Positions 36,758 to 45,603 of a stretch of 64,000 bases of DNA are shown here, piece by piece; position 1 is the first letter of the stretch, and the number at the start of each line of letters is the position of its first letter. Both the position numbers and the translations under genes were made by a program. The stretch comes from an archaeon (lineage in GTDB: Archaea > Nanobdellota > Nanobdellia > Pacearchaeales > GW2011-AR1), in assembly GCA_038121585.1 (NCBI GenBank), contig JAYONY010000002.1, positions 221,900 to 285,899 on the forward strand, in the 5' to 3' direction. The notes beneath the pieces are model-generated. The model did not search any database, was not told the DNA's origin, and worked only from the letters and a program-made list of their open reading frames with translations.

Positions 36758-37642
36758 CTAAATAGGGGTGCCCAGAAGTCGAAGGCCAGTTACCAGTTCT
36801 GCAGGGGCTGTTGAGCGATTCATTGAATAGATATGGAGTCCTGGCGCCTCTACAAATTCCAATAAGTCATCGCATTGATTGATACTATATTCTATTCCTG
36901 CTTTTCGACCATCAACGGGGTTCCCTTCATATTTTTCTATTAGTCGAGCTAGGCTTGTGGGTAGGGTAACTTGGCATGCCTTGCATGTTTTTGTAATTGT
37001 TTCAAGATTTGTGAGGGGGAGTATGCCTGGAATAATTCGTTGCTCGGCCCCATGTGATCCTAGATAGTCGCGCATTTCAGTATATGCGTCATTGTCAAAA
37101 AAGAGTTGAGTGATTGCAAAGTCAGCTCCAGCATCAAATTTCTGACGTAATCTATCCCAGTCCTCTTGTTTTGCGGTTGCTTCTGGATGGCCATCGGGGT
37201 ATGCTGCACAGCCAATTGTAAATCGACCATCTTTTTTTATTGCTTCGATAAGTTCATTTGCATAGGTATACGTGCTTGTTGCATCAAAAGTTGCTCTAGA
37301 TTTTTTTGGAATATCTCCTCGTAGTGCCATCACTGCATCAATTCCTTCATCATGCATTGCCGTAAGGTGGTGGGAAAGCGTTGATGCATCAAGTGCATGG
37401 CATGTAAGATGTGCCATGCTCGGAATTGATGTAGTATCTGAGAATGTCGCACATGTCTGTATAGCGTCTGTGCGATATGCTCCTTGTTTTCTATCTGTGA
37501 CTGATATGAAGTCCGGGCCAAATGGGGCGAGAGCTTTCATAGTATCTTCAAGTATATGTTTCGTTTTTTCTCGTATTGGGGGGAAGAATTCAAATGAAAG
37601 TGTCTGATCTTTCTCGCTGAATATGCGTTCAAGTGATTTCAC
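36758..37642 (-). CDS. metF: methylenetetrahydrofolate reductase
   Basis: LSFEFFPP near the N-terminus, FISVTD, and a TIM-barrel MTHFR pattern over 294 aa; GTG start. Confidence 0.8.
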   Translation of the reverse strand: MKSLERIFSEKDQTLSFEFFPPIREKTKHILEDTMKALAPFGPDFISVTDRKQGAYRTDAIQTCATFSDTTSIPSMAHLTCHALDASTLSHHLTAMHDEGIDAVMALRGDIPKKSRATFDATSTYTYANELIEAIKKDGRFTIGCAAYPDGHPEATAKQEDWDRLRQKFDAGADFAITQLFFDNDAYTEMRDYLGSHGAEQRIIPGILPLTNLETITKTCKACQVTLPTSLARLIEKYEGNPVDGRKAGIEYSINQCDDLLEFVEAPGLHIYSMNRSTAPAELVTGLRLLGTPI

Positions 37643-37691
37643 AATCGGCCAAAATTAACGCTTTTTTTTATACATATGGGTGGTACAATAG

Positions 37692-37701
37692 TTTTATATA
37701 A
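37692..37701 (+). promoter_or_regulatory. TATA box candidate for tRNA-Gly
   Basis: TTTTATATAA centred about 27 nt upstream of tRNA position 1. Confidence 0.45.
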
Positions 37702-37723
37702 CAAAAAAGTAAGGGATTGCTAC

Positions 37724-37882
37724 GCGGTATTAGTTTAGTGGTAGAACAGGACGTTGCCATTTCGCCTTCCGCAGCGAATCTCCGAGTTTCGAGGAGGTTT
37801 GAGCCAGAGAAGGTCGAAATTGGTTCACAAACCAATACGAAGCAAACACGTTCAGACAGGGGTTCGATTCCCCTATACCGCA
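37724..37882 (+). tRNA. tRNA-Gly(GCC) interrupted by an 88-nt intron at the canonical 37/38 position
   Basis: Exon 1 GCGGTAT..GGACG-TTGCCA; exon 2 A-CGTTC-AGAC-AGGGG-TTCGATT-CCCCT-ATACCGC-A. The junctions form a perfect helix-bulge-helix-bulge-helix. Confidence 0.9.
37760..37847 (+). other. archaeal tRNA intron (BHB-bounded)
   Basis: Central 4-bp helix TTGC/GCAA, 3-nt bulges CA^T and AC^A, outer helix TTCG/CGAA. Internal hairpins CTCCGA..TCGAGGAG and ATTGGTT-CACAA-ACCAAT. Confidence 0.85.
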
Positions 37883-38003
37883 TTCCTGCAGATTCGTAAG
37901 GTGAATCTGTTGTGGTTAGGGTGCTATAAATATTGATTTTTCCAACCCTATGCCGTATATTTTTCGTCGATACGTCTAAAAAGGGTTTTTTTGATAGATT
38001 TGT

Positions 38004-38687
38004 ATGGTTTCACAGAGGCAATATGGCGGGATAAGGCGCGCTGCAGAGGTAGGTAGGATTATTCGAGATTCGTATGCTGAAGTTGAAGATATGTTTCGTG
38101 AGGGAATGTCAATTCGCGAAATTGCTGAACAATTAGATGTTCAAGAAAAGTATGGTGTAAGTCAAAGCACTGCTAATAACTCGATTCGTAATGCCTTGCG
38201 TGGTCATGATGGTAGGCTTGTAAAGGCATATGTCGGACTCATTGATGATTTAGATGAATATAGGCAAATTAGCGATGAACATCGTAAATCGTTTGGAGAG
38301 AGAAATTTTTCTGAAGGGCTTGGTATTCATGCATTGTCTCATGATGCAAAAGTTGCTAATGGGAAGCGCGGGGGAACTGTTTCGTTAGAGAGAAAGGTCG
38401 GGGTTCATGCTATGAGTCCTGAGGAAGTTGTGTTGAATGTCCGTCAAAACCAACTAGCTCGAGGTAATACATTATGGAATGATGATGAGCGTTCTCGAGC
38501 GTACGAGCTTTCTTTACAAGAAGCATACCTCTATGGGGTTGGTTCGCGGCATGCTGGTAAACCGATGCTTTCAGTAATTGCTGAAGTGCTCAATCATGAG
38601 TTTCACAAAGGGCGTCCTATTAGAAAGAAGAGCACTGTAAATCAGATTCTTGTTAAGGAACGAAAAAATAGAGATAATTCTAACTAA
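38004..38687 (+). CDS. HTH-containing hypothetical protein with internal G(I/V)HA(L/M)S repeats
   Basis: MSIREIAEQLDV..STANNSIRNAL looks like a helix-turn-helix. Repeated GLGIHALSHDAK / KVGVHAMSPEEV. Confidence 0.4.
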   Translation: MVSQRQYGGIRRAAEVGRIIRDSYAEVEDMFREGMSIREIAEQLDVQEKYGVSQSTANNSIRNALRGHDGRLVKAYVGLIDDLDEYRQISDEHRKSFGERNFSEGLGIHALSHDAKVANGKRGGTVSLERKVGVHAMSPEEVVLNVRQNQLARGNTLWNDDERSRAYELSLQEAYLYGVGSRHAGKPMLSVIAEVLNHEFHKGRPIRKKSTVNQILVKERKNRDNSN

Positions 38688-38753
38688 TATAGTTATTACT
38701 TAATAATAGTTACAAATAGTAAAGTTTAAATATGCACAAGTACTTTTGCAGGT

Positions 38754-39011
38754 ATGGTATTTGAACAAATGTATCAACGAGCACAACCGCTATTGTACGG
38801 TATCGTCAGTAAAATACGGAAAAGCCCACCTCAAATTACAGAAGAAATTCGTGATGCAGTAACATCAGAATTTGAAAGGGGAGAGACAAGATATCTTCCA
38901 AAAACCTATCGGGATAAAGAAACACGGGAGTTGCATCAAAGACACCTCCGTGATATTAGAGTCCTTAAGGCATTAGATGACTTAATCAAATCTAAAAAGG
39001 TACAGGATTAA
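38754..39011 (+). CDS. hypothetical small protein
   Basis: 85-aa ORF, ATG about 25 nt after AAAGTTTAAATATG. Confidence 0.35.
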   Translation: MVFEQMYQRAQPLLYGIVSKIRKSPPQITEEIRDAVTSEFERGETRYLPKTYRDKETRELHQRHLRDIRVLKALDDLIKSKKVQD

Positions 39012-39028
39012 TTCACTTTCACCACTTT

Positions 39029-39571
39029 CTATTTTTCTAAATGATCAAGGATTATCTGTACTCGCTCTTCTAGAGGCATTGCAGGAACGCGTATGGGATC
39101 ATACCCGAACTCTCGGTAAATAGTCTCATGTAATGCTTCAAGTTCTATTGCATCCTCTAAATTTTCTCTTCTAACTTCACTTGGTTCCAAGCGTCCTACA
39201 TTTTCAAAAAGAAAAACGCCATCATAGCGATCAAGACTTTGAATGATGCTGTCAATTGTAGGCGGTGTGTGCATGTTTGCTCTACGTAAAAACGCTAAAC
39301 AATCAATGGGGCTTCTATCAAGCACTACAGAACCAACTTTTCCAAGACTATGCATGTAAAAATCAGTTTCCCACTTATAATGGAGGCGAGCTACCTCTGT
39401 TTGAAAAGATGCTAAATCAGACCAGGGTTCTGCATGTCCTTTAGCTTGTTCAAGCCTAATATAACTCTCTGCAGACTCAAAAACGGTTGGTATCCCATGA
39501 TCGATGTTAAGTGCGAGAAGAGCTGATGTTTTGCCACTTGAAGTCCCTCCAGTAATAACATATCGCTTCAT
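39029..39571 (-). CDS. P-loop ATPase/kinase (AAA_28, NadR-like)
   Basis: Walker A ITGGTSSGKTS at the N-terminus, Walker B-like VVLDRSP, 180 aa. Confidence 0.6.
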   Translation of the reverse strand: MKRYVITGGTSSGKTSALLALNIDHGIPTVFESAESYIRLEQAKGHAEPWSDLASFQTEVARLHYKWETDFYMHSLGKVGSVVLDRSPIDCLAFLRRANMHTPPTIDSIIQSLDRYDGVFLFENVGRLEPSEVRRENLEDAIELEALHETIYREFGYDPIRVPAMPLEERVQIILDHLEK

Positions 39572-39660
39572 CAGATAAGTATATTGCTTGCAAAGATTTA
39601 AACTTGTAGGTGGCAGGGTTCACGTAAATACTTAAATATAACATTCTATTTTTATATCCA

Positions 39661-40104
39661 ATGAATAAGGGCGTATTTTATCTTGGCGTACTTATTATGG
39701 TTGTGTTGTTTGGAGTTGTTGTAATGACATTTTCTTCTGAAGAACTAAAACAAACTATTGTTATTAATGAGGTTGTACGGGCTGGAGTACCCATTGCCAA
39801 TGAGAGGGATGTACCTAATGATTTTGAAGAATTAACTGCTTCAGGTATCCATGGTGTCACGATAACTGATGATTCTTTTGAACCAATGAATCTTATAATC
39901 AATGTGGGGGATACTGTTATTTGGACTAATAGGGGTAATGGTGAACAGCAAGTCAGGAATATAGGAAATCCTGGATTATTTAGTTCAGAAACAATTAGTC
40001 CAGGTGAAACTTGGTCATTCACATTTGAGCAAGAACATGTTGGGTCTGTATCATATTCATCCCCTTTTCATGAGGGTTTCATTGGCGAAATAATTATTCA
40101 ATAA
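39661..40104 (+). CDS. membrane-anchored cupredoxin-fold protein lacking canonical copper ligands
   Basis: N-terminal TM. VTITDDSFEP..INVGDTVIWTN..PGETWSFTF..YSSPFHEGFIGEIII follows the plastocyanin/cupredoxin strand pattern, with Ser at the Cys position and Phe at the Met position. Confidence 0.5.
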   Translation: MNKGVFYLGVLIMVVLFGVVVMTFSSEELKQTIVINEVVRAGVPIANERDVPNDFEELTASGIHGVTITDDSFEPMNLIINVGDTVIWTNRGNGEQQVRNIGNPGLFSSETISPGETWSFTFEQEHVGSVSYSSPFHEGFIGEIIIQ

Positions 40105-41748
40105 TTATTGTCGTGATAAAATAAATTCTTTGAGTGCTTTTACAATTTCTTCTTTCTTATACGGTAAGAATGAGAGTGAGCCAGCGTTTTTGTGCCCACC
40201 ACCTTCAACAAAACTATCAGGGATTGTTTCATTTAGGTAGTGGAGGAGTTCATGAACTGAAAAGTTAGCTTCGTCAGTTGCGCGCAGGGTAATTGCAGTA
40301 TTCATAATCCCTGCAGTTACGAGATTTGTAATTCCTTTTTCTTTCTGAAGGTCATCATGAACGAGGCCAACTGCACGTCCTGGTTTTGGAAAGAACCCAA
40401 ATCCGGGGAAAGTAGCTTCTATTTCGATTGTCTGAAGTGTTGTTTTACCAAGTGTTTCTTGTTGAGCATTTGATTTTCCTATTGCAAGTCCTTTCGCGTC
40501 TAGTTTGCGAATGAATGGTGCCATGAGTCCAACAAGTTCCTTCTGTTTTTCTCGTGGTTGGCCAAATAAGACTTCAATATATTCACGAACTTCCATAAAT
40601 CGTACTTTTGCAGAGACATAATCAATGACCAGTGAGATATCGCTTAAGAGTTCTTTACTGTATCCTTCTTTCTCTGCAATCTTCATGTAGTCTTCCATTA
40701 CGGAGGGGTTTCCAAGTTCGATACGGTCAGCAAAACCGGCCATCGCTGGAATTTGAGAGATATTTTCTACGTCAGGGTTGATGAATCGAGCAAGTTCAGT
40801 ACAAAGCATTCCTGCCGAATAGTGTGACCCGTCTTCATTAACAAGGAATGGATTGATGTGGGTGAGTACTTCATCAGAAATAACATCTTCGTCAAAGCCG
40901 TGATGATCAACAACAATAACATCTGCACCATGTACTTTTGCTTGCTTAATTGCCATAAGGTCTTCAGGGCTTGATCCATTATCTGCGATTACAATAAGAG
41001 GCATCTTATTAGAGAACTTAGCTACATTTCTCAGTGAGTTTGCAGTATCACGAATAGAATCATCTATTTCGTAGAATGGTGCTGCACAAGGAGCTCGTTG
41101 GAAGTATTCCCATGCTGCTTTTACTGAATTATGTTGTGCAGTAATTAATGGCAAAATTGCTCGTTCAAGCGTAAACCCTGAGGAATACCCATCGGCATCA
41201 TTGTGGTGACGAACAATTATTGGTCTATCTTGAATGACTGCTAATCGAATATGTGTTGCTGCATCAATAAATCGTTCTCTAAGTTTGTCAAGGATTGGGC
41301 TTTTGACTAAAAAGTCGGGCGGAGTAATTTTGGCTCGTTCTCGTTGTGTATGTTCCACATCTTTATGGAATTGTACTTGTTCTTCAATAGTTAGTTTGGA
41401 TATGCGCTTGATTTCCCCTTCTAGTTCTCCCTGAAATTCACCAATATCAACGACTGCTTTGACAGCGTGTTCTTCTTCAATTTCAGGATATGCTCGTTCT
41501 CCAGGTCCAATAAAGCCTTTAAGAGCGAGTGAGCCGGTACCGTCAGTGATTGCAAACACTGTTGGGCCTCCTGTTTGCGTGATTTTCGTAACAATACCTT
41601 GTACTTCAACGAGTCCTTTGTCAGCATGAGAGATGTCCGCTAGTGCTTTTCGGTGCGCTTTAGCTAATGGTTTTCCTCGTCCACGTGGCGGTGGCGGTCC
41701 ATGTTTTTTGTGTCCACCTTTTTTTTGAGGTTTACTCTTTCGTTTCAT
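40105..41748 (-). CDS. RecJ/Cdc45-like DHH nuclease (archaeal GAN/RecJ type) with N-terminal OB-fold and basic leader
   Basis: VRHHNDADGYSSG, IADNGSS, VVDHHG (DHH), GGGHKNAGS (DHHA1). OB-like VQGIVTKITQTGGPTVFAITDGTGSL. Confidence 0.8.
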   Translation of the reverse strand: MKRKSKPQKKGGHKKHGPPPPRGRGKPLAKAHRKALADISHADKGLVEVQGIVTKITQTGGPTVFAITDGTGSLALKGFIGPGERAYPEIEEEHAVKAVVDIGEFQGELEGEIKRISKLTIEEQVQFHKDVEHTQRERAKITPPDFLVKSPILDKLRERFIDAATHIRLAVIQDRPIIVRHHNDADGYSSGFTLERAILPLITAQHNSVKAAWEYFQRAPCAAPFYEIDDSIRDTANSLRNVAKFSNKMPLIVIADNGSSPEDLMAIKQAKVHGADVIVVDHHGFDEDVISDEVLTHINPFLVNEDGSHYSAGMLCTELARFINPDVENISQIPAMAGFADRIELGNPSVMEDYMKIAEKEGYSKELLSDISLVIDYVSAKVRFMEVREYIEVLFGQPREKQKELVGLMAPFIRKLDAKGLAIGKSNAQQETLGKTTLQTIEIEATFPGFGFFPKPGRAVGLVHDDLQKEKGITNLVTAGIMNTAITLRATDEANFSVHELLHYLNETIPDSFVEGGGHKNAGSLSFLPYKKEEIVKALKEFILSRQ

Positions 41749-41852
41749 ACTTGCTTGATAGTTTGACCTCTTAAAAAGCTATGCTTTTGATTTCGTGTCG
41801 TAACTCTTCAGGGAGAAACATTATTATATGCTTTGAGATCATTAATAATCGT

Positions 41853-42956
41853 ATGAACTATAAAAAATGGCTTTTGCCAACACTCGCAGCAGGGGGTATT
41901 ATAGGGGGAACGCTCTATTCTACTCGAGATGATGATGATGATGAAACGCATCACGAGTCAAAGGTGCCTCAGACGACCTTAGAAGAGCGTGTTGTCCCTG
42001 ATTATTCACATCGTAGAACTACGCAAGAGCCGACACGGGAGAACCAGGAAAGTAGGTCGATTCCTGATATTCAATCAGCCCTTACTATCGGAACTACCAA
42101 GTATGATCTGCGCAGTGCGGATGATGTTACTCGGTTAGCGAAACTAATCGCAAGTAGGGACTTGTCAGAACAGGGACTTGCCCTTAATGATGCTGAAATA
42201 GCAACATTACTTTCATCTGATGATTCATACGGTTCACTTACTGCTCGGCTTGGAATGTATCTTGAAGATTCTTCGTTTCACCCGCTTAAAACAGCACGAG
42301 TAGTTCGATTACTTGAGGGGACAAAGCCTCTTAGTGCTGCACTCAAAAAAGACCCTACATTAAAGCATGCATATGAAGAATTACAAACCCAACTTGATGG
42401 GTTTCGTCCTGAGCAACTTGTGTTTGGGGAAGGGGGCTATGTCGATTATGGACAGGAAATTGCAAAGTCAAAAACAGAACTCGCAACCTATTCAACCATA
42501 GATGACTTAGCAACACTCTATACTGGCATTGCTGAGGGAGGGATTCAACAAGGAAAAGAAGTTCGTGGGACGCTAAACCAAAAAGAGCTTGCAGCATACA
42601 CTACAAAAATGAATGATGTGCTTGATTCGCTTACAAGTCTCCCAAACACAAATCCACTTAAGGCGAATCGATTAGCTGAGATTAGCCGTATTGCAATCAA
42701 AGAAAGTCCGTTTGGGGGGAAAAAATTGCTCGCTGATAGAGAGAAACTACAGCGATATGCTGAAAGTGCAGTAATTTCGCACCTTAATAATGCTGCTGAA
42801 GTAGTTGAGCTCGGCAAGGAAGACCTACCTGTTTCAGGATTGTATCGTTCAGAGATTAAAGACGCTTTACAAGGTTACTTACATCTTGCAGAGAATAGTC
42901 GTTTGAGATATGTCCGTGTTGATCAGGTTAAAAATATGTTAGAACAATTAAAATAA
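41853..42956 (+). CDS. membrane-anchored hypothetical protein
   Basis: ATG 41853 (MNYKKWLLPTLAAGGIIGG) preferred over the track start at 41781. Single N-terminal TM followed by a helical domain. Confidence 0.45.
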   Translation: MNYKKWLLPTLAAGGIIGGTLYSTRDDDDDETHHESKVPQTTLEERVVPDYSHRRTTQEPTRENQESRSIPDIQSALTIGTTKYDLRSADDVTRLAKLIASRDLSEQGLALNDAEIATLLSSDDSYGSLTARLGMYLEDSSFHPLKTARVVRLLEGTKPLSAALKKDPTLKHAYEELQTQLDGFRPEQLVFGEGGYVDYGQEIAKSKTELATYSTIDDLATLYTGIAEGGIQQGKEVRGTLNQKELAAYTTKMNDVLDSLTSLPNTNPLKANRLAEISRIAIKESPFGGKKLLADREKLQRYAESAVISHLNNAAEVVELGKEDLPVSGLYRSEIKDALQGYLHLAENSRLRYVRVDQVKNMLEQLK

Positions 42957-42958
42957 TC

Positions 42959-43933
42959 TTATTGTCCTGCATCAGTGCCGACTTCTACAATACCGTTAAC
43001 TGTCGCACCAGGCTCCATGCCAATAGTATCTGAGTTTGGAATGCTAATTCTACCTGTGTTTGTATCTTGTACTAGGTTGATTGTGTTTACAACTCCATTT
43101 CCTGAATCTACAACCGTAAAGGTGGGTGGGGTTGTTGTACAATCAACAGCAGTAACGGTTACTGAGTGTGGATTACCATCATCCCCTGCAGGTTGCAGAA
43201 CTGTCATAATCACAGTGCGACCGTCAGCAATTGCTTCTGCTGTCTGAGCACACCAATCCGTTTCTCCAACATATGCGGTGCCTGCTTCATTATCGGGGTT
43301 GTCTCGAGACCATTTGTAAATAGTAACATATGTTTCATCATCAGGGATTGTAAGGCCACCTGTTGCAGGTTGTGCACTTCTAAGAGCATCAAGTGCTTTA
43401 TTCTTACAGTCCATAAGTGATGCAAACTCTTTTGAAAACTCACCTCTGCGAGTCCCATGAGGGTTTACGCCATCTGTGAGATCGATATCATTGTCTGGAT
43501 TGGTATCACTATTTTTTTCTTGAATACATTTGTTAATTTCAGCAGCTAATTTTTTACTTACTTTAGCTTTTTCTGCAGGATCCGGAGCTCCCGTCGCAGG
43601 ATTTACAAATGCCCCGGGGTTTAAATCATAAATCATTTCTAGATTTCCATTAATAAGGGATATTGGAACACAATCTCCTGGTTTTCCCTTCATAAAGCCA
43701 CTGTTTCTTGGTCTAGCATCAACTCCAGGGGTGCCTCCAAGGCCACAAAAGAAAGCATTGTCGGGAGTATCTGCAAATGATAAAAATCTAAATGATTGTT
43801 CAACAATTCCAGTAAGGGATTTTGGATTGCTGATTTCCTCCTGAGAAGTCGTTTGCTTTGAGAAAGACGTGAATCCAAAAAGCAGTGCAAGAGCAAGCAG
43901 TACCACAGTAAAGCAGGTGAGGGGTTTTACCAT
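42959..43933 (-). CDS. secreted Cys-containing protein, possible papain-like (C39-like) peptidase fold
   Basis: Signal/TM CFTVVLLALALLFGF. GKPGDCVPISLINGNLEMIY and NPHSVTVTAVD resemble Cys and His blocks of papain-like peptidases (weak). Confidence 0.4.
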   Translation of the reverse strand: MVKPLTCFTVVLLALALLFGFTSFSKQTTSQEEISNPKSLTGIVEQSFRFLSFADTPDNAFFCGLGGTPGVDARPRNSGFMKGKPGDCVPISLINGNLEMIYDLNPGAFVNPATGAPDPAEKAKVSKKLAAEINKCIQEKNSDTNPDNDIDLTDGVNPHGTRRGEFSKEFASLMDCKNKALDALRSAQPATGGLTIPDDETYVTIYKWSRDNPDNEAGTAYVGETDWCAQTAEAIADGRTVIMTVLQPAGDDGNPHSVTVTAVDCTTTPPTFTVVDSGNGVVNTINLVQDTNTGRISIPNSDTIGMEPGATVNGIVEVGTDAGQ

Positions 43934-43998
43934 AGAATACTAGTTGCGTAATACAATATTTATAGTTTACCGTGATAAAGTGGTACTATTATAGTCTG

Positions 43999-45525
43999 TT
44001 ATGTTCCAGTCGCAGCTCGTGAGCGTAGTAATCTATTATACTTCAATGCAAACCGGTGTGCTTCATCACGAACGTTCTGAATTAGTTTTTGACCGGGTCT
44101 ACGAATGCTAAATTTCATTGGTCGTTTTCGTCCTGGCATGTAAATTTCTTCGAGTTTTTTAGCGAGTGAGATTACATTTGCTTTGAGGCCAAGTTCTCGT
44201 AGTATTGATTGTGCTGCGCCGAGTTGCCCAATGCCTCCGTCAATAACGATTAAATCTGGCAAGGGGAGTTCGTCCATGACGACTTTGATGTACCGGCGTC
44301 GAACGACTTCGCGCATTGCTTCAAAGTCGTCTCCGTCGTGCACTGTTTTAATTTTGAATCGGCGGTAATTGTCTTTGTAGGGTTTTCCATCTCGAAATTG
44401 CACCATTGAAGCTGTTGTATGGGTGCCTCCGAGGTGTGATATGTCAAAACATTCTATGACTCTTGGTAATCGGTCGAGCTTGAGCATATCTTGCAGGTCA
44501 AGCAGTTTTTCGCGTTCGCCAAAGTGGGTACGCACAACATTTGCAAATGCCAAGTCTAATAATGCTTTCTTACTTCCTCGCTTAGCGAGAGTAACAGTTA
44601 CTGGTTTACCACTGTTTTGGGTTAATGCTTCAGCAATTGCAGGATTGACTTTTTCAGGGACGATAAGTTCTTTTGGTGGGGGCGTTAGGGCGTAGTATTG
44701 TATAATAAATTCTTCAATACATCCTTCAAAATAATCGAATTCAAATTGTTGTTTATTCTCGAGTATTCCTTTGTAAATATTAAAGAGAAGTAAGTAGACT
44801 TTCCCTTCAGATACTGCATAGTGCAGTACATCTGCTTCAAAACTTCTTCTGAGTTCAACATTTTGTTTTTCTTTAAGTATCTGAAGCGCTTCTATTTTTG
44901 TTCTAAGGCCTAACGCATACTCATAATTTGTTTTATCTGATGCATCGCGCATTTCTTTCTCTAGTTTTGTGATGAGAGTGTCAACGTTTCCTTTGAGTAT
45001 ATTGCGAGCAATTTTGAGTTTTGCCTTATATTCTTCTGGATTTTTACGCAATATTTTTTCTCGTAGCGGCGAAGCTTTCCGATCTAAGATGCCAAATCTT
45101 CGCGTGAGGAGCTTGTACACTTCCTGACGCATGCGCCCACGAGTAAACGGCCCGAAGTATTCGCCTTGCGCATCACGCATTCGAGCAACTTCCAGATACG
45201 GAAACTCGTCTTTGGTTAACCGTAAGTATGCGTACCTGCGAGAATCTTTGAGATCAATATTAAATCGAGGATAGTGGAGTTTTATTAGATTATTTTCAAG
45301 GAGTAATGCTTCAACTTCTGTTTTAGTAACAATAAAGTCTATTGAGTGAATGTGTTTGATAAGGAGTAACGTCTTAGGGTCATGTTCCTTTTTTTGAAAG
45401 TACGAACTAACACGTTTACGAATGTTCTTTCCTTTACCCACATAGAGAATCCTTTGGTCTTTGTCTTTGAACAAATAACAACCAGGGTCTGTTGGGAGAT
45501 CGGTTAGTTTTTGTGGTGTGATCAT
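43999..45525 (-). CDS. uvrC: excinuclease ABC subunit C, short form lacking the C-terminal (HhH)2 domain
   Basis: GIY-YIG GCYLFKDKDQRILYVGKGKNIRKRVSSY, UVR-like LEKEMRDASDKTNYEYALGLRTKIEAL, RNase H-like IECFDISHLGG. Ends right after DEAHRFALKYNR. Confidence 0.85.
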   Translation of the reverse strand: MITPQKLTDLPTDPGCYLFKDKDQRILYVGKGKNIRKRVSSYFQKKEHDPKTLLLIKHIHSIDFIVTKTEVEALLLENNLIKLHYPRFNIDLKDSRRYAYLRLTKDEFPYLEVARMRDAQGEYFGPFTRGRMRQEVYKLLTRRFGILDRKASPLREKILRKNPEEYKAKLKIARNILKGNVDTLITKLEKEMRDASDKTNYEYALGLRTKIEALQILKEKQNVELRRSFEADVLHYAVSEGKVYLLLFNIYKGILENKQQFEFDYFEGCIEEFIIQYYALTPPPKELIVPEKVNPAIAEALTQNSGKPVTVTLAKRGSKKALLDLAFANVVRTHFGEREKLLDLQDMLKLDRLPRVIECFDISHLGGTHTTASMVQFRDGKPYKDNYRRFKIKTVHDGDDFEAMREVVRRRYIKVVMDELPLPDLIVIDGGIGQLGAAQSILRELGLKANVISLAKKLEEIYMPGRKRPMKFSIRRPGQKLIQNVRDEAHRFALKYNRLLRSRAATGT

Positions 45526-45603
45526 GATAGCTTTAAAATTTCTGAATTAAAAAGGGTTTGTTTGCATATAAATCCTTAAAAGAACTCTCTATTTTGAATA
45601 AGC

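Noticed and set aside
37760-37847. C/D-box guide sRNA or homing endonuclease encoded in the tRNA-Gly intron
   Set aside because: The 88-nt intron has no TGATGA C box or CTGA D box, and it is too short for an ORF.
37668-37936. Three 60-71-aa ORFs overlapping tRNA-Gly and its intron
   Set aside because: The region is fully explained by the tRNA gene with a BHB intron. The ORFs have no start or promoter support.
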